Assembly (NCBI GenBank): GCA_051599415.1
Contig: AP039692.1
Location: 1 to 64,000 of the forward strand
Direction: 5' to 3'
Length of the DNA stretch: 64,000 nucleotides
Source: Savitreella phatthalungensis
Lineage: Eukaryota
In this document: piece by piece, positions 20,201-30,100 of the stretch
Numbering within the stretch: the stretch's first letter is position 1
How the letters are laid out: each line of letters starts with the position of its first letter
Notes under the pieces: model-generated
What the model was told of the DNA's origin: nothing
Seen by the model: only the letters and a program-made list of their open reading frames with translations
Database searches by the model: none
Position numbers and translations under genes: made by a program

Positions 20201-20916
20201 CACTCCTCGCTCATCATCCGGACTTTACAACGCCTGATCGGGGTGACGACGATCTGCAGAACCTGGCAGAGTACTTCACATTCTATCTCGACAACATCGT
20301 CAATGCCGATAATCTCCCGCTTGTCTTCCACTACGTTCAGCGCACAAAACAGATGGGTGATGCAGTGCACGCAGATGCAGTTGAGGGTGAGCAATATGCG
20401 GACAATCTATACATCACGAGCGAGATCGCACAGCTCTGCCTCAGGGTCAAGGCGGAGCACCATAATTGGCCCCTATCGACATATCCGAAAAGACTGAAAC
20501 TTCCAGCCGACATTTTCGTCCCGTTACCGCCGGAGCGAGGCCGCCTGGTACAGGAGCGTCAGTACTTGAACGCAGATCAGATGGAACAAGTCCGAAGACG
20601 CGCATTGGCGGCTCTGAGCAGATATCGGACGGCTGGGGCGTCACTCGCCGTCTCTATGCTGACTGGACGAAATGATGACGACAATTCGTCAACCTCGCCT
20701 GCTAAAAGAGGAGGCGCGACAGCAGAATCACTCGAGCGACGTCGTAGAGCTGACCGCAAACGTCGGAAGCGCGACAAAGCTGATCGTGCGGCGGCCTCAT
20801 CCAATACACCGCGGCGCTCAAGCACGAGAACACGCTCGACCGTACAATACGCGGAATCGGCGTCTGAATCGGAGACGTCAATCGGTGACTCATCGGACGA
20901 AGATGATCTCGACTAG
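17257..20916 (+). CDS. PDS5: Sister chromatid cohesion protein Pds5
   Basis: AYAACCVADVLRLAAPDAPF, HEAT repeats, RLVSLLAHHPDF, QRTKQ..D, NLYITSEIAQ and WPLSTYP..LKLP.DIF. Confidence 0.95.
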   Translation: MPSVAEAMSRAGSSASSSFTGKGTANDLVVQLKGLHQRLAEQEQEEADPGELRALARKLVNAAVLTHKNRDVQAYAACCVADVLRLAAPDAPFDQAQMRTIFECFVRQLKNLGKDDGHSEQATLASFLLGSLDEVESIVLMCDIGDRQEVLMVDLFTTFFDLAATQALRKNVEAHMIGVMRQLVDEAPAIPEELLNVLLAQFMRRTATQGGIAAFMRDSACDMAAQVMSLCAERLQRNVCAYFSDIISTARDEHGEEHNERELKRAHELVLQLWIRAPAVLQNVVPALEAEMQVESPTLRALAVQTVGLMLASDNGHRLMAEHDACWRTWVGRRNDRHVQVRLPWISSIGHILRAPAGAIRQPDVEKMCVEALSTRLIDLDERVRAAACGVIESLDYEIVKQRLSATVLKQYSERCRDKKHAAQAAALSHIGKLFDRAAPELIEGNTIALDKFAHIPNSVVHCIYVNDKALNALLEKALLQDILKASLEDDEARAERLMLTVSLLDERGRRALFAVLGNRQIGNAKLVRAILQLTGTDDAVKRTGAIRIAAESTGDVEGAERALNVVFDSQDKRLLRLIGDATDRNASASTVRRAIKEAVRRAQDSFGEAVADILAVILRRSAFSIFNRDIVSSLTSAARRSHWVDVAELCLQEITKSHPFVFKANTDDLIRDLIRDPLSSSKPTLKSIATIVVAYPEDIPRTDALLGAVEKLMREGTPAQAKQATSIFARLATVEQCTTAVDRIVDNIAFGSETFLGELCVLMQISLLVPAAIAARNDEIQRFCLQEVLMKNRTDATVRGNDDEPEWASDDLLDPEIEAKVLAVRVLCNRVRAYSAEPQAIELATPVFKLLRRMVANMGELSGADATPLHHRSHLRLECAKQTLKLVQAPALDSLVSSLEFITLAVMAQDPVAEVRRRFLARLYKTLRITSTPLRYNCILFLAAHEPNADLQNQVRRWILSLAAEKSSTYRMEQMAPRLVSLLAHHPDFTTPDRGDDDLQNLAEYFTFYLDNIVNADNLPLVFHYVQRTKQMGDAVHADAVEGEQYADNLYITSEIAQLCLRVKAEHHNWPLSTYPKRLKLPADIFVPLPPERGRLVQERQYLNADQMEQVRRRALAALSRYRTAGASLAVSMLTGRNDDDNSSTSPAKRGGATAESLERRRRADRKRRKRDKADRAAASSNTPRRSSTRTRSTVQYAESASESETSIGDSSDEDDLD

Positions 20917-21012
20917 GTTATCCTTACTTAGATTCGGATTTGTTATTACGAACGACCCCACAAAATCGTGTGGGGAAATTGATTGAGACATGACACCGGA
21001 GTTACCTTGACC

Positions 21013-22038
21013 ATGGGCACCAGCTTTGCGGATCTCCTGCCGTTCGTGCGATACCCAATCCTCTCCGGGCCGATGGCCAACGTGGCCGGCGCTGATCTTG
21101 CCATCGCTGTCTCGCGCGCCGGCGGGCTCGGCTTCATTGGGGCGGGCTACAAGATCGAGGCGGTTCGTGGTGAGCTCGAGCGCGTGCGTGGAGCTCGGGA
21201 TGAGGACAAGGCAAGAGGAGTGGCTGCCTGGAAAGTCGGACTGGGCATCATCACTTTCGCTGTGCCGAAGACTGCACACGCAGATCTTTTTGCTATGATC
21301 CGGGAATATGCGGATGAGCTCGCCTGTTTCTGGCTGTTTGGGGGTGAAGAGACAGATTATTGGCTACCTACCTTCCTGAAAACGTTTCCCGAGAAGCGGC
21401 TGCCGATACTTGTGCAGTGCTTCTCTCTTGCAGAAGCACGGCAATGTGTTGCTGCCGGAGCTGACATCATCGTTGCACAAGGCAGTGACGCAGGCGGCCA
21501 CGGCGGGGCCAAGTGCGCGTCGATTGTCGGACTCGTCCCTGAATTTGTTTCAGATTCGCAGGTCGGAGGCAAGGTTCCCGTACTAGCAGCTGGAGGTCTC
21601 GTGGATGGGCGTGGTTTGGCAGCAGCAAGGGCACTTGGTGCACAGGGCGCTGTCTTCGGTACTTTATTCATGCTTACGACCGAGTCGAAGCTGCACGAAG
21701 CGGCCAAGCAGCTAGCTTGTTCAGTATCGGACGGCGGGCTCACCACGGTACAAACCCGTATATACGACGAGATGCGCGGCACGACAGACTGGCCAATGAC
21801 CTTCACCGGTCGCGCTATCATCAATGATACACATCGTGACTCAGTCTCTGGCAGTAGCGAACACCAGCTTCGTGACCTCTACCGGAAGGCGATATCGTCG
21901 GAGGACTATTCACGGCTGGTCTGCTGGGCTGGCACTGGAATCGGTCTTGTCAACGACGTGCGACCGGCTGCGGAGCGCGTCTCCACCTTAGTAGAGCAGT
22001 ATCGTGTGGCGGTTTCTAGCATGCCTCCCGATCTGTAG
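21013..22038 (+). CDS. Nitronate monooxygenase / 2-nitropropane dioxygenase family FMN oxidoreductase
   Basis: PM...AG..LA.AVSRAGGLGFIG, VAQGSDAGGHG, VLAAGGLVDGRGLAAA.ALGA.G..FGT and WAGTGIGLV. Confidence 0.93.
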   Translation: MGTSFADLLPFVRYPILSGPMANVAGADLAIAVSRAGGLGFIGAGYKIEAVRGELERVRGARDEDKARGVAAWKVGLGIITFAVPKTAHADLFAMIREYADELACFWLFGGEETDYWLPTFLKTFPEKRLPILVQCFSLAEARQCVAAGADIIVAQGSDAGGHGGAKCASIVGLVPEFVSDSQVGGKVPVLAAGGLVDGRGLAAARALGAQGAVFGTLFMLTTESKLHEAAKQLACSVSDGGLTTVQTRIYDEMRGTTDWPMTFTGRAIINDTHRDSVSGSSEHQLRDLYRKAISSEDYSRLVCWAGTGIGLVNDVRPAAERVSTLVEQYRVAVSSMPPDL

Positions 22039-22124
22039 CCAATCCCTGAATCATTTAGTATGTTTATATCATTGACTGCGAGCGTCAAAAAAACGTGGGG
22101 GAACAGAGACGCCTTAGGCAGGAG

Positions 22125-23540
22125 ATGATCCTTACCGCCTGGGTAGTGACGGCGCTCCTGCTTCTGGCGGGATCCTATCCCTGCCTGCGTTGGGGTCTTA
22201 TTCGTGTCGGCAAGTCATTGCGCGCACATTCGAAGCGTACTCGACGGATACTGCTCAAAGGTCAGGAGAGCGCGGTTGTCGTCGGCTTTTTCCACCCATA
22301 TTGCAACGCCGGCGGTGGAGGCGAGCGCGTGCTCTGGGCTGCCGTCAGAGCGACACAGGCTGAGTTTCCCACAGCCGTCTGCGTTATCTACACGGGCGAC
22401 ACTGGGGTCGACAAGAATGCAATAGTCATGCGAGCGAAGCACGCATTTGACATCGTCATCGAGCAGGAGAAGCTCGTGGTCGTGCATCTCTCCCGGAGGA
22501 TCCTTGTCGACCAAGCGACCTGGCCTCGTTTCACACTTATAGGCCAGTCGCTTGGCTCTCTGCCGCTTGCGTATGAGGCGATCTCTTCACTTGTCCCGGA
22601 TATATTTATTGACACGATGGGCTACGCGTTCACTTATCCCCTCGTGGCACTCCTATTGAGGATTCCCGTGGCTACTTACACGCACTATCCGACGATCTCG
22701 ACTGATATGCTCAGCCGCGTCAAACAGACAAACCTTCCGAAATTACTCTACTGGCGACTGTTTGCCTATCTCTACAGCTTGGCCGGCTCGTTTGCAGACG
22801 TCGTCATGTGTAATTCGACCTGGACTGCAAATCACATCCGAAGTTTGTGGCACATTGCCGATGTAGCCGTCGTCTATCCGCCTTGCGATACCCGGCAGCT
22901 TTCAGAACTCGATCTGACGAAGTCAAGAGCTCGCGAGATCATCTGCGTTGCACAATTCCGCCCAGAGAAGAATCATGCAATGCTTCTACAGGCCTTTGCC
23001 AAGCTACGCGAACGTTCCAAGCGTAGTGATACTCGGCTCGTGCTGATCGGCACTGTACGCCACGAGCAGGACGAAGCACATATTCAGAAGCTGAAGACTC
23101 TCGCTTTCGACGACCTGGCGCTTCCGGCGGATGCGGTCGATTTCCGTACGGACCTTCCGTGGGCACAAGTTGTTGCTTCGCTCGGGTCGGCCTGGATCGG
23201 CGCCAATGCGATGCGCGATGAACACTTCGGCATCGGAGTCGTCGAATACATGGCTGCCGGGCTTATCGCCTGCGTCCACGACTCGGCCGGCCCGAAGCTC
23301 GATATCGTTGTACCATGTAATGGGGAGAGGACAGGCTTCCACGCGGTGGATGTGTCGACGTTCGCAGACGCCTTCGAGCAAGCTTTCTCCCTCCAAGAAG
23401 CCGATGTGCTGGCGATGAGGCGAAGGGCGCGCCTTATGAGCGAACGCTTTTCCGAACAGGTGTTCGAAGCCCAGTGGCGTACCAATATCACACATCTCAT
23501 GCGCAGCGCGCGCAAGGCCAAAATAGAGCGCAGCAGCTAA
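22125..23540 (+). CDS. ALG11: GDP-Man:Man3GlcNAc2-PP-Dol alpha-1,2-mannosyltransferase
   Basis: N-terminal TM segment, GFFHPYCNAGGGGERVLW, DTMGYAF, YTHYPTIS, AQFRPEKNH and EHFGIGVVEYMAAG. Confidence 0.96.
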   Translation: MILTAWVVTALLLLAGSYPCLRWGLIRVGKSLRAHSKRTRRILLKGQESAVVVGFFHPYCNAGGGGERVLWAAVRATQAEFPTAVCVIYTGDTGVDKNAIVMRAKHAFDIVIEQEKLVVVHLSRRILVDQATWPRFTLIGQSLGSLPLAYEAISSLVPDIFIDTMGYAFTYPLVALLLRIPVATYTHYPTISTDMLSRVKQTNLPKLLYWRLFAYLYSLAGSFADVVMCNSTWTANHIRSLWHIADVAVVYPPCDTRQLSELDLTKSRAREIICVAQFRPEKNHAMLLQAFAKLRERSKRSDTRLVLIGTVRHEQDEAHIQKLKTLAFDDLALPADAVDFRTDLPWAQVVASLGSAWIGANAMRDEHFGIGVVEYMAAGLIACVHDSAGPKLDIVVPCNGERTGFHAVDVSTFADAFEQAFSLQEADVLAMRRRARLMSERFSEQVFEAQWRTNITHLMRSARKAKIERSS

Positions 23541-23572
23541 ATTTAATTTAGTCCTATAGATGACTGCCTCGA

Positions 23573-26188
23573 TCACCACCTGGAGCGTTTGCGCTTCTTT
23601 GAGACAGCTCTGCCGCGATAGGCAGATCGAGTACATGCATGCGTGTGGCCGAGATTGTTGAATGCCATGTTGTTCCGCCAGCTCTGATAGCGTTGCAGCT
23701 GTGCCGAGTCGTCGGCAACTTCGTCTGCTCCATTTTCTTCCATGTCTGTAGCGCTGCTCAGATAATCAGTTCGGTTTTGCATGCACTCTGCGAGTAGCGC
23801 TCTTCTCGCAAGCAGAGCCGATCGGAGTTTCGCTTCGCGCTCACCGCGCGGATTCAGGTATTCAAGAAGCTGGTCGAGCTCAGGCCCGCTCGCGTAGTAG
23901 CCCCAGTGCTCATCGTTCTTCAGCATCCCTCCTTGTGCTGCCTGTTCCTCTTTCTCCCGTCGAGCAGCAGCACCTGGGTGAGCGGCGATGTCCTCCTGGA
24001 AGCCTCGATGGGGACCGCGCACGAACACCCGGGCCGCTGCATAGCCCGCATGGGCGGTCGAGGTGTCAGGCATCCCATGGACAGGCATGGCTGATGCTTC
24101 CAACCACCAGTAGGAATTGTAGAAGCGATCGTCTCCCAACTTGCGCAGACGCTGCGCATCTGACTCGCGGAAGTCCTCTTCGACCTCTCGTACACGGTCA
24201 TCGGCGTGAATCATCAGCCTCATGCCACGTTCGATGTCCGCATTATAAGCCTCGCGTGATTCGTAAAATTTGTCGTTCGTCTCTTTCTCGAACTCAGCAA
24301 TGATGGCAGCAACCGCCTCTGTCGTACGAGGTCCGAAATCCTCTTCCTCGTCAGGGTAGATCGAATCAGTCTCCTTGGGATCTCCCTTCTTGGACAAGCG
24401 AGCTGAGGCGCGGCGGGAAGGTGCGAGTACCATCGAGTCTTCATCATCGTCGCGATGCCTGTGGGCGTATTCATCATCTCCCTCCGAGCCGGCGTCCTCG
24501 TGTTTCATACCGTTTGTTGAAGGACCATTTGAAGGAGCTTGCGTTGCGGCCAGGGTGCCTGGTCGCGGATACTGCGTACGCATCCTTACACGGAGCTTGT
24601 AGATCTGATCCATGAACTGGCGTTTGACCTTCGCTGCATCAGCACGATCCTTGCGCAATTTTGTGCAGTGCTCCATGCACTCATCAAGGTACGCGCGTAT
24701 CCCCGGCACGTCCCAAAGCAGGTCGACTAGAACGGAGAGTATCTCAAGCTTTAGATCACCTGTCAAGGCGAAAAATCGCGCCGGAAGCTCATTTTCGTCG
24801 CCCTCGAGCAGATCATCAACGATTGTGTCCATCAGGGGGGCTCGACTATAACCTGCAGGTAGGTTTTGCAGCACACCGACAATGCAACCGATCCAAGCGT
24901 TGCCACCGAACTTGCGGGACACCAGAATGTCGCGCCATGCTTGCCCCTCGATCAGATCTTCCTCTTGTGCACCAGACTCGCCGTCCGCAGCGGCAGAAAT
25001 CGGACTGATCGGTCTCAAGCTTGGCAGAGGATTGTGACTTGGTGGCAGCGGATGAACCTCCTCGTCTTCTCCCGCTTTGTTCTTGCGCTTTGGAATGACG
25101 ACCAGGCATTTGAGCAGAGCGCAGAAGACTTCGTCAAGTAGCTCGCTCTCCTGTGAACTTCTGATCGCATCTGCAAAGTCGTCGAGCGTGAATGAGTCGA
25201 GAAGGAGGATTTCAAGAAAGACGTTCAGGAACGTCCAGGTCTCAAGCAGAACACCGATTTTCCTGCGAGCTAAGCCTGGCTCCTGTTGAGGCACCGGTCG
25301 AGTGACAGGCTTACGTGGCAATTGCTCAAGATCCTCCCCATGAACTTTCAGGTCATCGTCCTCCTCTTCACGCGCCGCTGTCGCATTTGATGCAATTGCG
25401 TCTTTGGCAGCCTCAGTTTGGTCAACGGTTAGCGCTGCCGCCGCATCAATGGTAGTCGTCGGTTTCGCGGCAGATCTGCTGTTAATTTTTGGGGGAATCT
25501 TTGTAGGGTGCGGCACCCGTGGATCCCATAATCTGTACCGCTTGAGGAAGAGATCTCGAATAGCCCAGATGGGCCCGTCCCTGCGCAGTGCAGCTTTGAG
25601 GTAAGATTTCAGAACGACTTTGGTGAATGACAAGCGGTCGCGCGAAAGCATGCCGGCGTCCACTGTCATAACTTTGGGATCTGACGGGTAATTCCAAGGC
25701 AATTCTATAGTATACCGAATCTCCTCTGGCTTGTGGTTGCCGAACGTGTCAACGAGATCTCCCACCTCGACGCGTTCGAGGACAAATGCGTCCCATTTGC
25801 CATGTTCTGGGCTGCTGTATAGTATCCACTCCCTCGCCAGGAAATTGTTGCGGTATTCGTCGTAGATCGCATCGACGAGGGCGTCAAATCGCTGAATCTG
25901 AGAATGCTGTGCTCTCCGAAGCACTGGAAGCTTCAATATTTCCGGAAAGGTCTTCTCAAGGACTTTGACCTTGTCTTGCTCAGATTGGCAGGCTTGTCTA
26001 TAGGTCAAGCCGGACTTGCCGCTCAGCTCGCAGACGAACTCCTTGCGATCGTAGAATGCAGCCCGCTGGACGAATTCGACATAGTCCGTGAAGACCTCTT
26101 CGGTCTCTGCAATATACCAAACTGTTGTGTCGTCTGTAGGAACTTCTACCCGATGGTATGTCACAGGTCGCTTTTTGTGGAGGACCAT
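23573..26188 (-). CDS. ITC1: ISWI accessory subunit Itc1/ACF1-like (WAC, DDT, WHIM, WSD)
   Basis: WAC MVLHKKRPV..VWYIAETEEVF..FVCELSGKSGLTY, DDT LLETWTFLNVF..LDSFTLDDF, LGDDRFYNSYWWLE and LNPRGEREAKL. Confidence 0.92.
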   Translation of the reverse strand: MVLHKKRPVTYHRVEVPTDDTTVWYIAETEEVFTDYVEFVQRAAFYDRKEFVCELSGKSGLTYRQACQSEQDKVKVLEKTFPEILKLPVLRRAQHSQIQRFDALVDAIYDEYRNNFLAREWILYSSPEHGKWDAFVLERVEVGDLVDTFGNHKPEEIRYTIELPWNYPSDPKVMTVDAGMLSRDRLSFTKVVLKSYLKAALRRDGPIWAIRDLFLKRYRLWDPRVPHPTKIPPKINSRSAAKPTTTIDAAAALTVDQTEAAKDAIASNATAAREEEDDDLKVHGEDLEQLPRKPVTRPVPQQEPGLARRKIGVLLETWTFLNVFLEILLLDSFTLDDFADAIRSSQESELLDEVFCALLKCLVVIPKRKNKAGEDEEVHPLPPSHNPLPSLRPISPISAAADGESGAQEEDLIEGQAWRDILVSRKFGGNAWIGCIVGVLQNLPAGYSRAPLMDTIVDDLLEGDENELPARFFALTGDLKLEILSVLVDLLWDVPGIRAYLDECMEHCTKLRKDRADAAKVKRQFMDQIYKLRVRMRTQYPRPGTLAATQAPSNGPSTNGMKHEDAGSEGDDEYAHRHRDDDEDSMVLAPSRRASARLSKKGDPKETDSIYPDEEEDFGPRTTEAVAAIIAEFEKETNDKFYESREAYNADIERGMRLMIHADDRVREVEEDFRESDAQRLRKLGDDRFYNSYWWLEASAMPVHGMPDTSTAHAGYAAARVFVRGPHRGFQEDIAAHPGAAARREKEEQAAQGGMLKNDEHWGYYASGPELDQLLEYLNPRGEREAKLRSALLARRALLAECMQNRTDYLSSATDMEENGADEVADDSAQLQRYQSWRNNMAFNNLGHTHACTRSAYRGRAVSKKRKRSRW

Positions 26189-27123
26189 TGTTTGAAGGTA
26201 GCTGTAGTGCAACAACCGAACAGTTTGAGGCGATGAAGACCTGGTCGCGAGCTCAGAGACTCATAGTTTACCGATTGGCTTTGGACATGTCTCCACTTGC
26301 AAAGATATGGATAAACGTGACTAGCTTCAGCCTTGCGGGAACGCGTCGTTGACCGCACACTTTCCCTTGGACGCCTCATGGCCAAAGCCATGGGGGGCCT
26401 CAGCCGGCTGACTGCCGCTTGTTTGAGCTCTTGCTTTCTCGCTCGCGTTCTATTGACTGCTTCCGTTCGGGTTTTATTTACGTACGGATGCACGAATGAA
26501 TAATTCGTTGTTAGCTACAGTGTGAAATATACCTGCTATACAATATACGTACGAACACATATATCGATTAATTACATACTGTGCGTATTTACATTATACT
26601 GCATACGAATTATATATAAAGCTTGCCAGTATATCGACACGTACGTGCATTAGATACAGGTGCCTCGATTATTATAACGATCGAAAGGTACTGCACGTGC
26701 ACGCAATTGTGCATTCGAACAATTGTGAACGTTAAACGAATCTATCCACACATACGCGCTTTCCACATAATTCGAATTGACCTAATCGTGAATTACTTTT
26801 GGTTGCTGGTTGAAATCAGGCCAGGCGTTGTACCTCATTTGCATGATAAATTACTGCATGATTTGGATTGGATGCATACGTACGTACATGCATCCTGACG
26901 TCTAGCTCCCGGACCGTATATATGGATAAATATATTGATCGATCGAACGATCAATCTCAGAGATTCAACTCGATCAGGATATCCACAAATGATAAAAGGT
27001 ACATGCAGACTTACATCCGCGCAGCTCTCGATCATACACTATATACTACCCTTCGTCAGGCACGCGTTGTTGTCAAAGCTTCAGCGTGGTCCTCTCTGAG
27101 AGGCTGATGACGACCGGATTGAC

Positions 27124-30100
27124 ATGAATGACAATCTACAGACGGCTGAGCTCGGTAGGCTAGCCGAAACACTCCAGGATGATCCTCAGCGTGTCATTGT
27201 ATTGCTCAGCCGAGCACTCAAATACTCTACAGCAGCACGACGTTTCCTTACTCATATCCTCGCTGGGCACTCGGAATGGATGCAGAGCTGTGAGACAGAG
27301 GCGGCCCTGCTTGCGGCGCGAAGGATGCTGCATGACGATCGACGACTCTTCCGCAGATTCATTGATACCGACCTGGTGACGCGCTCTTGCAGCGATCCTG
27401 TCGACGCTATTCGTGCTCCAGCGCAATATGTTGCTGCACAGCTTCTCGGCTGCGAGTCCGAAATCGTGCTCCACAGCGTTACTTTGGAGGATGGGGTTCC
27501 ATTCGAGTGCTTTCACCTGATGGAGGCCAGTCGTGAAGCCCCGACATCTGCCCCGGGCATCATGCCGTCCAATGTGCGTATGGTTGGAGACGTACTTGTG
27601 CCCTGTTTCAAGCGGACGTCTGCCTCCTGTTTCGTCCCGACGGAGTTGTCCACTGATTCCCTAAATGCCGCCGGCCGCGCTCTGATCGGCGACGAAGGCA
27701 TTCTCGTAGCCGGACCCACCGGTAGCGGAAAGTCTTTCCTCGTGGAACAGCTCGCCGTCATGTTAGGCGAGGATGAGGGACTCGTCAGGATTCATCTCGG
27801 AGATCAAACTGACGCAAAGATGCTCCTTGGTACGTATACTTCTTCCGATCAGCCGGGACAATTTGTCTGGCAGCCTGGCGTTCTCCTGCGCGCCATGACA
27901 GAAGGTCGATGGCTCCTTCTCGAGGGGCTCGATCGAGCGCCACAGGACGTACTTGGACTTCTGGATTCGCTACTCGAGCATCGAAGCGTCCATATCCCGG
28001 GCCGCGATGAGCTCATAAATACCTGTCCAGGCTTCAAGCTCTTTGCCACAGTTGCAGCAGGTTCTCGTTCTAGACTCTCCGGCACCAGGTGGACCTCATT
28101 GGATCTTCCAGCTATGACAACAACTGCGCTCTCGCAGATACTCGTCGCCCGGTTTCCACGTCTGGCGCAGCAAGTGCAGACCATCTTGCGTCTTGCCGAG
28201 GCTGGCTCACTGAATTCCAGAGAAGTGACAACACATGTCATATTGCGTCTCGCTTCCCGTCTAGACGCCGCATTCGCGCACCACGGAATCGCTTCCGCAA
28301 CCGATAATCTTACAGAAGCATTACAATTTGATATGCTCGCAGAGGCTGTTGATTGTCTGTCAAGCACCCTTGCCTCTGTCGATGAGCGCTCATCTGTCAC
28401 GAGGGCAATTGGGAGTGTACTGAACCTGCCACCGGAACGTGTGCAACTCTACATCGATACTCATGAACCCGAGCTTAGGGAGCAGAAGAGTCGATTGACC
28501 ATCGGACGAGTCACTGTACCGAAATTGCGTGGCGAGTCAGTCCAGCAGCGCCCCTTTGCAAACACTCGGCACGCTCTACGACACATGGAGTCCATCTTGG
28601 CGGCTGTGAAACAGCATGAGCCGGTTTTGCTTGTTGGCGAGACTGGAACGGGAAAAACAACCATTGTCCAGCAATTGGCGAGCCTTCTTGGCACGAGACT
28701 GACCGTCATCAACCTGTCTCAGCAGACTGAGGCTGGTGACTTGATCGGCGGCTATAAGCCGCTAGATGCGCGGCTGCTCGCTGTCGGGCTGCTGGACAGA
28801 TTAGAGACACTCTTCGCCCGGACAATGAGTGCCAGCAAGAACGCAAAGTTTCTCTCTGAAATCAGAAGAGCCTTCAGCAAGGCTACCTGGACCAGATTTA
28901 CCACGCTCCTCCGCGAGGCTTCTCGCATCGCGATGAACAAGCTCGCAGCGCCGGTGGACGACGACCGGCGCAAGCGGCGACGGACGGACCTGATGCAGGC
29001 TTGGCAAGAGCTCGGCCAGGAGCTCGACGCGTTCGCCAGACGAACTGGCACCTCGAGTACGCAGGGGTTCGCTTTCAGCTTCGTTGAGGGTTCTCTCATC
29101 GCTGCGATCCGCAATGGAACATGGGTCTTGCTAGACGAAATCAATCTGGCATCTGCGGAAACGCTAGAAGCTATCGATGGCCTTCTACAAGACGATCCGT
29201 CCGTCGTTCTACCCGAGAAAGGTCGCCTTGATCCGCTTCGACCGCACCCTGACTTTCGACTATTCGCCTGCATGAACCCTGCGACAGATTTCGGCAAACG
29301 CGATCTACCTGCCGGAGTCCGCTCCAAATTCACGGAAATGTACGTGGACTCTCCGGGCGCGGACCGTCGTGATCTCCTGAAGATCGTCGCGAGATACATC
29401 GGTCACCTCTCCGTTCATGATCCTCGAATAATCAATGACGTTGCCGAACTTTACGTTCGCGCAGGTGCTCTGCTGGCGGCCAATCGACTCGTCGATGGCG
29501 CCGGCCAGAAACCCCACTACAGCATTCGCACACTTAGTAGAACCCTGGTGTTCGCCTCAGGGATCCATGAAATGTACGGTCTACGCAGGGCTCTCTACGA
29601 GGCGTTTTCTATGGCGTACTTGACGGTTCTCGACGCTACGAGCGAAGCAATCCTCGAGCCGCTGGTGCGAGAATTCACAATCGGCAGGCTTGCTAACGCG
29701 AAAGCTGCACTGACCCTCGTGCCCCCGCAGCCAACTATACCAGGGCCGTGGACCAGATTCGAACATTACTGGCTAGCTTGCGGAGATTTGGAGACCTTCA
29801 TCGATGAAGGATATGTCATGACAGCCTCTGTACATCGCAATCTCTTGAATCTTGTCCGTGCTGTCTCGACACGCCGACTCCCGATTCTTTTGCAAGGACC
29901 CACGTCAGCCGGCAAGACAAGTATGATTGAGTATCTTGCGAAGCGCACAGGCCATCCATTCGTTCGCATTAATAACCATGAGCATACCGATCTGCAGGAA
30001 TACCTGGGATCGTACGCATCCGATACCGGCGGGAATCTGGTGTTTCAGGAGGGCGTCCTCGTCAAGGCCATCCGTGAAGGTGCTTGGCTCGTCCTGGACG

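Noticed and set aside
26161..26493. 110-aa minus-strand ORF overlapping the ITC1 start
   Set aside because: It has a non-ATG start, no homology, and lies in probable leader or promoter sequence. At most it is a uORF.
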